Shown one piece after another: positions 28,293-36,893 of a stretch of DNA of 64,000 nt; the first letter of the stretch is position 1, and each line of letters opens with the position of its first letter. The stretch covers positions 58,214 through 122,213 of the forward strand of contig MKTD01000003.1 in NCBI GenBank assembly GCA_001898165.1, in the 5' to 3' direction. Under the pieces are notes generated by a model, which saw nothing but the letters and a program-made list of their open reading frames with translations, had not been told where the DNA came from and did not search any database. The position numbers were made by a program, and so were the translations under genes. Origin of the DNA: Bacteroidia bacterium 43-41. Lineage in GTDB: Bacteria > Bacteroidota > Bacteroidia > Bacteroidales > Dysgonomonadaceae.

Positions 28293-30926
28293 ATGCAACA
28301 CACAAAATATCTTTCTATCGGCATCGTGGTTTTTCTGATCGTTGCATTCGCCGCCAACGCCCAGACCAAACCCATTTCCCTTATCTCCAAAAATACACCG
28401 CTAAAGGAGGTGTTGCGGGAAATTGAGCAAAAAAGCGGTTACCGTATTTTGTATAACGACGAAGTGGTTCCCGACGGCTTGTGCGTATCAGCAGAAGCAA
28501 TTGATGAAAGTGCAAAAAATATTTTAAAACTCATTCTGGAAGAGACGGATCTGACTTTTGTCTTACACTCGGAAGAACTGATCATCATTACCAGACGACA
28601 ATATTTGAGTGAACGCAATGAAATTTTCGGTACTGTCACCGACGAAAATGCGCAACCCATCCCTTATGCCAACGTTGTACTGCTGCAAGCCAACGACACC
28701 ACACGATTGGGCTACGGCGCCGTAACCGACGGGCAAGGTTACTACAAATTGGCGAATGTGAAACCCGCAAATTACAGGTTGCAAGTTTCGTTTATCGGCT
28801 ATAAAACGCAATATTCGGAGTTTATTGTGGCCGGGAATAACCAAAGCCCCATCGTTCGCAATTTTACATTACTCGCCGACGAAACCCTGTTGCAGGAACT
28901 TGTAGTGGAAGGCCGACGTCCCGCACTAAAGGCCGAAGATGGAAAACTTGTCTATCATATTCCCATACTGTTGCAAAACAAGCCTGTGACCAATGCTTAC
29001 GATGCACTAAAAGAGATTCCGGGCGTAATGGAGCAGAACGAACAACTGACGCTCATTGGTACGAGCGGAATGACTGTCCTGCTTAATGGTAAAAAAACAT
29101 CCATGACTTACGACCAGCTGATGGCCTTTCTAAAAAGCATTCCGCTCTCGCGCATCGAAGACGTGGAAATTATGTACAGTGCGCCGCCGCAGTACAACAT
29201 CCGCGGCGCTGCCATCAACGTGATACTTCGGCAATCGGCGGAAGAAGGCATGGAAAACGTGTGGCAGGGTGAAATGGCGGGAACATTCATACAAAAAACA
29301 TATGCAATGGGCAACGGACGCGCGGGTTTGCTCTATTTAGGCAAAAAAATGAGCGTGGACGTCTTGTATTCCTACAATTACCTGAAGACGGAAGACAACG
29401 ATAAACAAACAGCCGACCATACCCTTGGAGATCGGGTATATTACATCGGGCAGGACAATTATTCACTCTCGTACAGAAAAATGCACAATATCAGGCTCGC
29501 AGCAGGACGTACTTTCACGGATGAGAGTCGTTTGGATATTTCATACAGCGGTAGTTTCGATCATTCGCAGTCCGATCGTACGGCGGATATAGAAATATCG
29601 GAAAGCAACATCCATACTACCGGCAGACATTATGGCCCTTCGCAGATGCACAACTTCAAAGCCGATTATACGTTCCGTTTCGGGCTGAACATCGGCGCCG
29701 ATTATACTCGCTACAGCGATAATTCTCATTACAGCCTGCAAAATGACCTGCCCGAAAATTCGCTGTTCGACACGCAATCAATCTCGTCCGTATCGAAACA
29801 AGACATCGACCGGACTTTTTTCTATGCCAACCAATCGCATCAATTTAACAACCAATGGCGTATAAACTACGGCATAAATTATTCACTGACACACACGCGG
29901 AATATATCGGATGCCAAACTCAACGATGCCGATTATCCCGAAGCCACCTTCGATACCCGTCAACACGAAATTATCCGCAATGCATTTGCCGGCGTATCCC
30001 GGACTTTTTCCGACAAGCTTTCGGTGCAGGCATCCCTGTCGGCCGAATTTTACAATGCCACGGAAGAATCATCGGGACAAAGCAGCACGATTTGGGACGA
30101 TCATGCATTCTTCCCCGCGTTCAACATCAGCTATACACCCGCCGAAAACCACACTTTACAGCTTTCGCTTGCATCGGATAAATCCTACCCGTCGTACTGG
30201 GCACTCAACCCATCGGTGTATTACTTCAGCGTGTACGGGGTGTTGTACGGTAATCCGCATTTGCGTCCGTCGCGGAACTACGATTTGGGACTGACGTACA
30301 TCTACAAACGGAAATACGTCATCCGTCCGTATATTTCCTATACTGCCGACCACTACACGCAACTACCCTACCAATCGCCCGACAAACTGCAACAGGAATT
30401 TATCGTGCAGAACTTCGATTTCAAGAAACAAATCGGATTACTGACGGTAATTCCGTTTACCGTTGGCAAGCGTGTTTCGTCACGATTCACGGCAAGCGGC
30501 ATGTATTGGCAGGAAAAAGACGATACGTTCTTCGATATCCCGTTTAACCGGAAAACGTTTTGGGCTTATTTTCAACTGAACAACGACATCGATTTGTCCT
30601 CGGATCCAAACCTCAAACTGAACATTTCGGGACATTACACCACGCCCACTGCCATTCAGGGTATATTCGACCTGGGCGCCACGGCCGATTTGTCGGCAGG
30701 AGTGACATGGACATTCAGCCGCGGACGCGCCAGACTCATTCTTAAAGGCAACGATCTTCTCAATACACGTACGCCTTTTGCGTCCATTAACTACAGGGGA
30801 CAAAAGAGTTCCATCGACGGTTTTCGCGATACACGCACCGCTTCTCTTTCGTTCGTTTACCGTTTTGGCGGTTACAAAGAAAAAGAACGGGAAGAAGTAG
30901 ATACGTCACGGTTTGGAACGAACTGA
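28293..30926 (+). CDS. STN-domain outer-membrane beta-barrel receptor/transducer (CarboxypepD_reg plus plug-like plus OMP_b-brl_3-type barrel)
   Basis: Signal peptide, then an STN signalling domain (PLKEVLREIEQKSGYRILYND), a carboxypeptidase-regulatory-like domain (IFGTVTDENAQPIPYANVVLL...YRLQVSFIGYK), a plug-like region and a large barrel ending ASLSFVYRFGGYKEKE. Confidence 0.8.
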   Translation: MQHTKYLSIGIVVFLIVAFAANAQTKPISLISKNTPLKEVLREIEQKSGYRILYNDEVVPDGLCVSAEAIDESAKNILKLILEETDLTFVLHSEELIIITRRQYLSERNEIFGTVTDENAQPIPYANVVLLQANDTTRLGYGAVTDGQGYYKLANVKPANYRLQVSFIGYKTQYSEFIVAGNNQSPIVRNFTLLADETLLQELVVEGRRPALKAEDGKLVYHIPILLQNKPVTNAYDALKEIPGVMEQNEQLTLIGTSGMTVLLNGKKTSMTYDQLMAFLKSIPLSRIEDVEIMYSAPPQYNIRGAAINVILRQSAEEGMENVWQGEMAGTFIQKTYAMGNGRAGLLYLGKKMSVDVLYSYNYLKTEDNDKQTADHTLGDRVYYIGQDNYSLSYRKMHNIRLAAGRTFTDESRLDISYSGSFDHSQSDRTADIEISESNIHTTGRHYGPSQMHNFKADYTFRFGLNIGADYTRYSDNSHYSLQNDLPENSLFDTQSISSVSKQDIDRTFFYANQSHQFNNQWRINYGINYSLTHTRNISDAKLNDADYPEATFDTRQHEIIRNAFAGVSRTFSDKLSVQASLSAEFYNATEESSGQSSTIWDDHAFFPAFNISYTPAENHTLQLSLASDKSYPSYWALNPSVYYFSVYGVLYGNPHLRPSRNYDLGLTYIYKRKYVIRPYISYTADHYTQLPYQSPDKLQQEFIVQNFDFKKQIGLLTVIPFTVGKRVSSRFTASGMYWQEKDDTFFDIPFNRKTFWAYFQLNNDIDLSSDPNLKLNISGHYTTPTAIQGIFDLGATADLSAGVTWTFSRGRARLILKGNDLLNTRTPFASINYRGQKSSIDGFRDTRTASLSFVYRFGGYKEKEREEVDTSRFGTN

Positions 30927-31028
30927 CTTTTTTATCCCTTTGAGTTATTTTCTCGCTTTTGCGCGCATCTAAAATTACCCATTCGGTATAAAAAGCATAG
31001 GCTTCTTCATCGAATTTAACGCGTTTAG

Positions 31029-31054
31029 GAATGTAAATAAATTTATTTACATTC
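31029..31054. repeat. Perfect 26-nt palindrome GAATGTAAATAAATTTATTTACATTC
   Basis: Self-complementary over all 26 nt, within the 270-nt non-coding tail of the cassette. It is not followed by a T-run. Confidence 0.8.
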
Positions 31055-31200
31055 TCAACACGATATTAGCATCGATATGTAATCTTGTTCTTCGTTCTCT
31101 ATTTTTCCCATTGTTATATGTGTTGAATGTCTTTAATTTTATCGTATTTGTCATGTGTACCAATAAAGCGGATATTACAGGTAAAGGTAATTAACTTGGG

Positions 31201-31236
31201 GCAGGAATAAGCCTGCAGTTGAATTTGAATCCCTAG
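31201..31236 (+). repeat. Direct repeat, right copy: dead relic of the sprA 3' end abutting ftsE
   Basis: GCAGGAATAAGCCTGCAGTTGAATTTGAATCCCTAG would encode [11 protein letters not shown]. An in-frame TAA lies 3 codons upstream (31192-31194). Its TAG overlaps the convergent ftsE stop (CTAG at 31233-31236). Confidence 0.8.
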
Positions 31237-31922
31237 CCGGCACCGGCATTTATCAAATCAACCAATTCCGCGTTTTCACATTTCATAATGCGTCCGGGAA
31301 AGGTTTGAACAATGGAGTAGTTGTGGGTTGACATAATAACGGCAGTTCCCGCATCGGAAATCTGCTGCAGTAGGTCAACAATCTGACTGCCTGTTTCAGG
31401 ATCGAGGTTTCCGGTAGGCTCATCGGCAAGAATCAGTAACGGCGAGTTGAGTAACGCCCGCGCAATTACCACGCGTTGCTGTTCGCCGCCCGAGAGTTCG
31501 TGCGGCATTTTGTAAGTCTTGTTTTGCATCCCCACCTGCGTCAGCACCTCATTGATACGGTCTTTGATAACTATTTTATCTTTCCAGCCCGTGGCCCGCA
31601 GCACAAATTCCAGGTTCTTTTCTACCGTACGGTCGATAAGCAATTGGAAATCCTGGAAAACGATACCTATTTTCCTCCGCAGGTATGGGATCTGCTTCCT
31701 TTTCAGGTCTTGCAAGTGATAATCAAAAACGCGGGCATCGCCGGACTCTATCGGAATTTCGGCATACATGCTCTTGAGCAGTGTGCTTTTTCCCGACCCC
31801 ACCTTGCCAATAATATACAGAAAATCACCCCGGTTTATCTCAAGGTTTACATCGCGTAAAATAATATTTTCGTCTCTATTGAGCTGAACTCCGGTATATT
31901 TTATCAAAAATTCGTCGCTCAT
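31233..31922 (-). CDS. ftsE: Cell-division ABC ATPase FtsE
   Basis: Walker [13 protein letters not shown], then [20 protein letters not shown], the signature [15 protein letters not shown], and Walker [13 protein letters not shown]. Confidence 0.85.
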   Translation of the reverse strand: MSDEFLIKYTGVQLNRDENIILRDVNLEINRGDFLYIIGKVGSGKSTLLKSMYAEIPIESGDARVFDYHLQDLKRKQIPYLRRKIGIVFQDFQLLIDRTVEKNLEFVLRATGWKDKIVIKDRINEVLTQVGMQNKTYKMPHELSGGEQQRVVIARALLNSPLLILADEPTGNLDPETGSQIVDLLQQISDAGTAVIMSTHNYSIVQTFPGRIMKCENAELVDLINAGAG

Positions 31923-32389
31923 TATTTAAGAAATTGAATAATGAACGGATATCTCCAGTATTCGCCATTATTGGCTTTGACACTAGCCAGGATAACAAAA
32001 ACCAGATAAATAATGCCCAGCACAATAAGCAACGGTATGCCGATAATGGTGATAGCTAATACCGCGCTGTAAATGAGATAGCTGATGATGAAATTCAAAA
32101 TGTTTTTACCGTGAAGGTCCACGTTGGCATTTGTCTCCTTGTTGGTTATCCACATTATTACGGGTGCTACAAATCCGGCTAACGGAAGCAGTAAACCGAG
32201 CAGTTGCGAAAGATGCATCAGCATGAGGTATGTGTTCTCTTCCAGTCCAAAAAGCGGCTTGCTGCCTGATGAAGTTGACGACGAGGCGGTGTCGTTCAAT
32301 ATTTTTGCTTTTTCGCGTTGATATTCTTCTTCGGTGATACTTCCTTTTTCGCGGAGATCGTCCAGAATTTTTAAATCTTCGTATTTCAT
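31922..32389 (-). CDS. SHOCT-like N-terminal motif plus DUF4870 membrane protein
   Basis: LREKGSITEEEYQREKAKIL (SHOCT-like), then LMHLSQLLGLLLPLAGFVAPVIMWI...GKNILNFIISYLIY (DUF4870 pattern). Its stop overlaps the ftsE start (TAATG). Confidence 0.6.
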   Translation of the reverse strand: MKYEDLKILDDLREKGSITEEEYQREKAKILNDTASSSTSSGSKPLFGLEENTYLMLMHLSQLLGLLLPLAGFVAPVIMWITNKETNANVDLHGKNILNFIISYLIYSAVLAITIIGIPLLIVLGIIYLVFVILASVKANNGEYWRYPFIIQFLK

Positions 32390-32452
32390 GCGTTAATTTT
32401 TTTATTTATTTTTGTTACTTAAATCGTATGAAACTCACAATCCGATAAGCAC

Positions 32453-33016
32453 TTAACTCTCGGCACCCAGCATCTTGTCAATCAAAGAAACCATTTCGTT
32501 GAATTCTTTTTCTTCATACAACCGGGTAAGCATCACTATCTTACCACTCCGATCAATAATGATATTGCGCGTGATGCCTGCATCTTTCTCGGCGTATAAC
32601 CCGAAAATATTCGCATCCGGATCCATCCCGATGGGATAAGTGGCGCCGGTAGCATCGCGCAGAACCTGAATCTTTTCTGCCGGTTCCTCCCTGTCAATAC
32701 CATATAACACAAATTGCGGATTCTCTTTATGCTTTTGCCATATCTCTTTCTCGATGTGCGGCATCTCTTTGCGGCAAACTCCGCACCAACTGGCGGTAAA
32801 TTGCAGCATCACCACCTTACCGCGCAAATTCGATAGTTTTACTTTCTTGCCGTCAGGAAAAGACATTTCAAAATCCGGTGCCGGATCACCCACTTTCACC
32901 AGATATTGGCGGTCATCGGTATTTTGAACCTGCACGGTATCTTGCTTTTTTACAGACGAGTTACACGATAACAACATCAAAAGAGATAAAAAAATGTAAG
33001 ATGATCGTTTAAGCAT
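32453..33016 (-). CDS. TlpA-family thiol:disulfide oxidoreductase lipoprotein
   Basis: Lipoprotein signal (LLMLLSC), then GKVVMLQFTASWCGVCRKEMP with a CxxC motif. Confidence 0.8.
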   Translation of the reverse strand: MLKRSSYIFLSLLMLLSCNSSVKKQDTVQVQNTDDRQYLVKVGDPAPDFEMSFPDGKKVKLSNLRGKVVMLQFTASWCGVCRKEMPHIEKEIWQKHKENPQFVLYGIDREEPAEKIQVLRDATGATYPIGMDPDANIFGLYAEKDAGITRNIIIDRSGKIVMLTRLYEEKEFNEMVSLIDKMLGAES

Positions 33017-33076
33017 ACTGTTGTTAGTTGGTTTTCAAAATCTTTTACTTTTTGCCCTAAGCCCTTCGCTTATACT

Positions 33077-33484
33077 TTACAAAGATAGTTTTTTTTCCTG
33101 TTTCCGAAATTTTTTGTATAAAAATAAAGCGATAAGCAATGCGATGAGGGAACCCAGGACGTCGGCAATGAAATCCGCCATCTCTGCGCTTCGCGAGCGG
33201 AAAAAATATTTTTGCATCAGTTCGATAGCTGCCCCGTACATTACAGGCAAAACAAATCCCCAGAAAATCCAACGTCCCATCTTGGGATGGCCGTTTTGCA
33301 ACTGGAAATAATCGAACAACGAAACGGCCGACAAGACAAAAAACATCCCGAAATGAGCCACCTTGTCCCACGCAATAATTGGCGGAAGCTGGGGAACATC
33401 GTCGGAGCTGAGCAAACAGGTTACGGCGAAAATTGCAAATCCCACAAAAAAGGGAAGAAGAATATGACGGAGATATCTATTCAT
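33077..33484 (-). CDS. VanZ-family membrane protein
   Basis: 135 aa with 4 TM segments, and DKVAHFGMFFVLS...AAIELMQ...RSAEMADFIADVLG, typical of VanZ-like proteins. Confidence 0.7.
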   Translation of the reverse strand: MNRYLRHILLPFFVGFAIFAVTCLLSSDDVPQLPPIIAWDKVAHFGMFFVLSAVSLFDYFQLQNGHPKMGRWIFWGFVLPVMYGAAIELMQKYFFRSRSAEMADFIADVLGSLIALLIALFLYKKFRKQEKKLSL

Positions 33485-33513
33485 ACGCGAACATCATTTT
33501 ACAAAAAACGCCT

Positions 33514-33521
33514 CAAAGATA
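33514..33521 (-). promoter_or_regulatory. -7 box TATCTTTG upstream of the VanZ-TlpA genes
   Basis: TATCTTTG on the minus strand, 30 nt upstream of the VanZ ATG. Confidence 0.4.
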
Positions 33522-33551
33522 ATTTAAAAACATACGATGTGAAACGAAAAT

Positions 33552-33569
33552 CCAAAACAGTTTCTCAAT
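33552..33569 (+). repeat. Degenerate core copy (CCAAAACAGTTTCTCAAT)
   Basis: Shares CAAAACAGTTTCT (13 nt) with the 28-nt repeat. It lies in the divergent VanZ / S41-peptidase spacer. Confidence 0.45.
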
Positions 33570-33679
33570 TTTAAAAACATATAACTAAAACAATCCTTTA
33601 AATTCCTGAAAAATTAGTTCCTTTGTCTGCTGAATACAAAAACGAATACAAAACGATCATTTTCGGATTACATTAGAAT

Positions 33680-35365
33680 ATGAAAAAAGTCCCTTTTCTT
33701 TTATTAATCGTGTTATTAACGATAAATGTTAAAGCTCAAACTACGCAAACCGATAAAAATCAACGATATTTCGGTATCAACAAAAGCATCGATATCTTCA
33801 ATTCCGTGATCAGGGAATTGGATATGTTTTATGTGGACAGTATAAAGGTGGACAGTTTAATCAATGGAACCATCCGGAACATGCTGGCCAGAATGGACCC
33901 TTATACGGAATATTACGCCGAAGAAAATATCGGTGATCTCCAGTTCATGACTACTGGCGAGTATGGCGGCATAGGGTCGATAATCTCTTACAACAACAAC
34001 CGGGTTGTCATCAACGAACCTTACAAAGGCCTTCCGGCCGATAAAGCCGGTTTGAAAGCAGGTGACGCCATTCTGGAAATTGACGGCGCAGATATGCGGA
34101 AAGCATCGGTAAAAGAGGTCAGCGACAAACTGAAAGGGACTCCCGGAACAACATTGAAACTGAAAATTCAACGTCCCGGCGAAAATAAACCGCGCGAAAT
34201 AACTATCGCCCGTGAAAAAATAGAAATCGATCCCGTCACCTATCCTGTTGTTTTAGACGACAACGTGGGATATTTTCATTATTCCGGATTTACCAACGGC
34301 AGCTCGAACCGGGTGAAGGAGACCATCCTGGATCTGAAGAAAAAAGGTGCCGAGTCGCTGGTTATCGACCTTCGCGGGAACGGCGGCGGCATTTTGGACG
34401 AAGCCGTTAATGTGGTCAACTTCTTTGTGCGAAAAGGCCTTGAGATAGTTTCCACAAAAGGCAAAGTAAAACAATGGGACAGATCATACTACACCCAAAG
34501 CCAACCCATTGACACGCTTATGCCGATTGTTGTGCTCATTGATACCGGTTCGGCTTCTGCCTCCGAAATTGTTGCGGGCTCACTACAGGATTTAGACCGC
34601 GCTGTTATTATCGGTAATCGTTCATTCGGAAAAGGGCTTGTGCAAACACCGCGGGATTTGCCCTACGGCGGGAACATCAAAATCACCACATCGAAGTATT
34701 ATATCCCGAGCGGACGTTGTATTCAGGCCCTGGACTATTCGCACCGCAACCCTGACGGCTCTGTAGCACGTGTTCCCGATAGTTTGACCCATGTTTTCAA
34801 AACTAAAAACGGCCGCGAGGTACGTGATGGCGGCGGCATCACGCCCGATTACACTATTCCGCAGGAAAAAGGTGGCACGATAGGTTATTACTTAATAACC
34901 GAAAATATTATTTTCGATTATGCTACCCAGTGGGTTATAAAACATCCGGGTATCGCACCGCCCGAAAGTTTTCACCTTTCCGACGCTGATTACGAACAGT
35001 TTAAACAATTTGTGAAAACCAAAGATTTCCAATACGACCAAATGAGCAACCGCTCGTTGCAATCGTTGAAAAACATTATGGAATTCGAGGGGTATTTCAA
35101 TACCGCTTCGGAAGAATTCAAGGCGTTGGAAGATAAGTTGCAACCCGATCTCGACCGTGATTTGGAACTTTTCAAGAAAGAAATCGGGCAGATGATCGAG
35201 ACCGAGATCGTTCAACGATACTACTACAAAGAAGGTGTGCTGATTTATGAACTTCAGGATGATGCGGCATTGAAAAAAGCAAAAGAGGTGCTGAAAGACA
35301 GACAACTGTATAATTACACTCTTCAGCCGAAACCCGCGAATATTCCTCTGGCAAAGGAATTATAG
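33680..35365 (+). CDS. S41-family C-terminal processing peptidase (PDZ domain)
   Basis: Signal peptide, PDZ domain (GLPADKAGLKAGDAILEIDG), and catalytic core LVIDLRGNGGG...LIDTGSASASEIVAGSLQD...GNRSFGKGLVQ. Confidence 0.88.
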   Translation: MKKVPFLLLIVLLTINVKAQTTQTDKNQRYFGINKSIDIFNSVIRELDMFYVDSIKVDSLINGTIRNMLARMDPYTEYYAEENIGDLQFMTTGEYGGIGSIISYNNNRVVINEPYKGLPADKAGLKAGDAILEIDGADMRKASVKEVSDKLKGTPGTTLKLKIQRPGENKPREITIAREKIEIDPVTYPVVLDDNVGYFHYSGFTNGSSNRVKETILDLKKKGAESLVIDLRGNGGGILDEAVNVVNFFVRKGLEIVSTKGKVKQWDRSYYTQSQPIDTLMPIVVLIDTGSASASEIVAGSLQDLDRAVIIGNRSFGKGLVQTPRDLPYGGNIKITTSKYYIPSGRCIQALDYSHRNPDGSVARVPDSLTHVFKTKNGREVRDGGGITPDYTIPQEKGGTIGYYLITENIIFDYATQWVIKHPGIAPPESFHLSDADYEQFKQFVKTKDFQYDQMSNRSLQSLKNIMEFEGYFNTASEEFKALEDKLQPDLDRDLELFKKEIGQMIETEIVQRYYYKEGVLIYELQDDAALKKAKEVLKDRQLYNYTLQPKPANIPLAKEL

Positions 35366-35370
35366 CAGCC

Positions 35371-36435
35371 ATGCGTTTCATTGTTTCAACTTTATTTCTA
35401 CTCCTCGTTTTCCTGTTTTCGCAGGCACAGGAAAAACGGGTAACCCTGCTCTTTGCCGGCGATGCTATGCAACACCTGCCGCAAATACATGCAGCACAAA
35501 CCGAAGAGGGGTACAATTACGATTCCTGCTTTTATTTGCTGAAAGGCAAAATATCGTCGGCAGATATCGCTTGCGTGAATTTCGAAACCACACTAGGTGG
35601 AAAACCATATACGGGCTATCCGCAGTTCAGTGCTCCCGACGAATTTGCCTTCGGGTTGAAAGAGGCCGGATTTGATGTTTTCTTCTTGGCAAACAATCAC
35701 ACGGTCGATAAGGGACGCAGGGGGGTTGAACGCACGCTCAGCGTATTAGATTCCATCGGAATAAAACATACTGGAGTGTTCAGATCGAGAAACACACGGG
35801 GGCTGAACTACCCTTTGATGATTATTAAAAACGGTATCCGGATTGCTTTTCTGAACTATACGTATGACACAAACGGACTTCCGGTTATCGCCCCCAACAT
35901 CGTAAATATCATTGATACGCTGCAAATGAAAAGCGATCTGCGCCTTACGCAACTGTATAACCCCGATATTGTTATTGCCAATATGCACTGGGGCGACGAA
36001 TACAAGACCTATCCGAACAGCGGACAGGAAAAACTGGCCCGCTTTCTTTTCAGGAATGGCGTAAGAATCATTATCGGCAATCATCCGCACGTGGTGCAAC
36101 CGTTGGTTAAAAACAAGGTGCACAGTGAAATTGAATCGGTAGTATATTACTCGCTCGGCAATTTTATTTCCAATCAGCAAACAATAAATACCGACGGTGG
36201 TGCGCTGGCTGAAATTATTATCACAAAAGCGGATGATGGCAGTCCGGTGAAGATCAGGTCGTGCAGCTATTCGTTGGTTTGGGTAAGAAAATATACCGAA
36301 AACGGGAAATTGAAGTACATGCTCATCCCGGTTGAAGAACAGAGAAAAACAGTAATTCCGGTTCTGACTTCACAAGAATTGCAAAAAATAAATATCTTTG
36401 CAACGAATGCCGATAAAATAATCGCATCTTTCTAA
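35371..36435 (+). CDS. CapA-family (PGA_cap metallophosphatase-like) secreted protein
   Basis: Signal peptide, then VTLLFAGDAMQH...VNFETTLGG...FFLANNHTVDKG...ANMHWGDEY...GNHPHVVQP. It starts 5 nt after the S41 gene. Confidence 0.7.
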   Translation: MRFIVSTLFLLLVFLFSQAQEKRVTLLFAGDAMQHLPQIHAAQTEEGYNYDSCFYLLKGKISSADIACVNFETTLGGKPYTGYPQFSAPDEFAFGLKEAGFDVFFLANNHTVDKGRRGVERTLSVLDSIGIKHTGVFRSRNTRGLNYPLMIIKNGIRIAFLNYTYDTNGLPVIAPNIVNIIDTLQMKSDLRLTQLYNPDIVIANMHWGDEYKTYPNSGQEKLARFLFRNGVRIIIGNHPHVVQPLVKNKVHSEIESVVYYSLGNFISNQQTINTDGGALAEIIITKADDGSPVKIRSCSYSLVWVRKYTENGKLKYMLIPVEEQRKTVIPVLTSQELQKINIFATNADKIIASF

Positions 36436-36438
36436 GCT

Positions 36439-36891
36439 ATGCCAACATTAGAATTTATTTTTCGCCTGCTGGCGGCAGTGGCTGCCGGCGGTGCTGTAGG
36501 GCTCGAACGCCAGATAAACAATAAAAGTGCGGGACTCCGTACCAACACCCTGGTAGCGTTAGGTGCTTGTGTTTATGTGCTTATCAACGTGATTTTGACC
36601 AAAAACGGCGCAGACCCCACCCGGATAATTGCCCAAATTGTGACGGGGATCGGGTTCCTGGGAGCCGGCGTGATTCTACACAGGGGGGTTAATGTTCAGG
36701 GGCTTACAACGGCGGCAACGATATGGTGCAGCGCCGCCTTAGGCTCTCTTGCCGGCCTGGGCCTCTACTTGGAGCTTCTGATCTCCACCGTGTTGATCAT
36801 CTTTGTCAACACAACATTCAAGAAAGCGGACAAATGGTTTATGGGTGACAAGAAAAAGAAAGCCGAAAACAACGATCACTCGTTTGAATAA
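36439..36891 (+). CDS. MgtC/SapB-family membrane protein
   Basis: RLLAAVAAGGAVGLERQINNKSAGLRTNTLVALGA...QIVTGIGFLGAGVIL. Confidence 0.8.
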   Translation: MPTLEFIFRLLAAVAAGGAVGLERQINNKSAGLRTNTLVALGACVYVLINVILTKNGADPTRIIAQIVTGIGFLGAGVILHRGVNVQGLTTAATIWCSAALGSLAGLGLYLELLISTVLIIFVNTTFKKADKWFMGDKKKKAENNDHSFE

Positions 36892-36893
36892 GA

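Noticed and set aside
30927-31065. Start-less open frame on the minus strand in the cassette tail (..ENVNKFIYIPKRVKFDEEAYAFYTEWVILDARKSEKITQRDKK..)
   Set aside because: It looks vaguely protein-like. However, it has no start codon after the upstream TAA, it contains the 26-nt palindrome, it runs antisense into the OMP gene, and I recognise no family. I cannot support it as a gene or pseudogene without a blastx hit.
26456-31180. Extension of the sprA direct repeat into flanking similarity (GTATCTTTGTCACG..CAATAAAG after the left copy versus GTATTTGTCATG..CAATAAAG before the right copy)
   Set aside because: The similar stretches lie on opposite sides of the 36-mer (after it in one case, before it in the other). 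They need gaps to align and are AT-rich. They are not a co-linear extension and may be coincidence.
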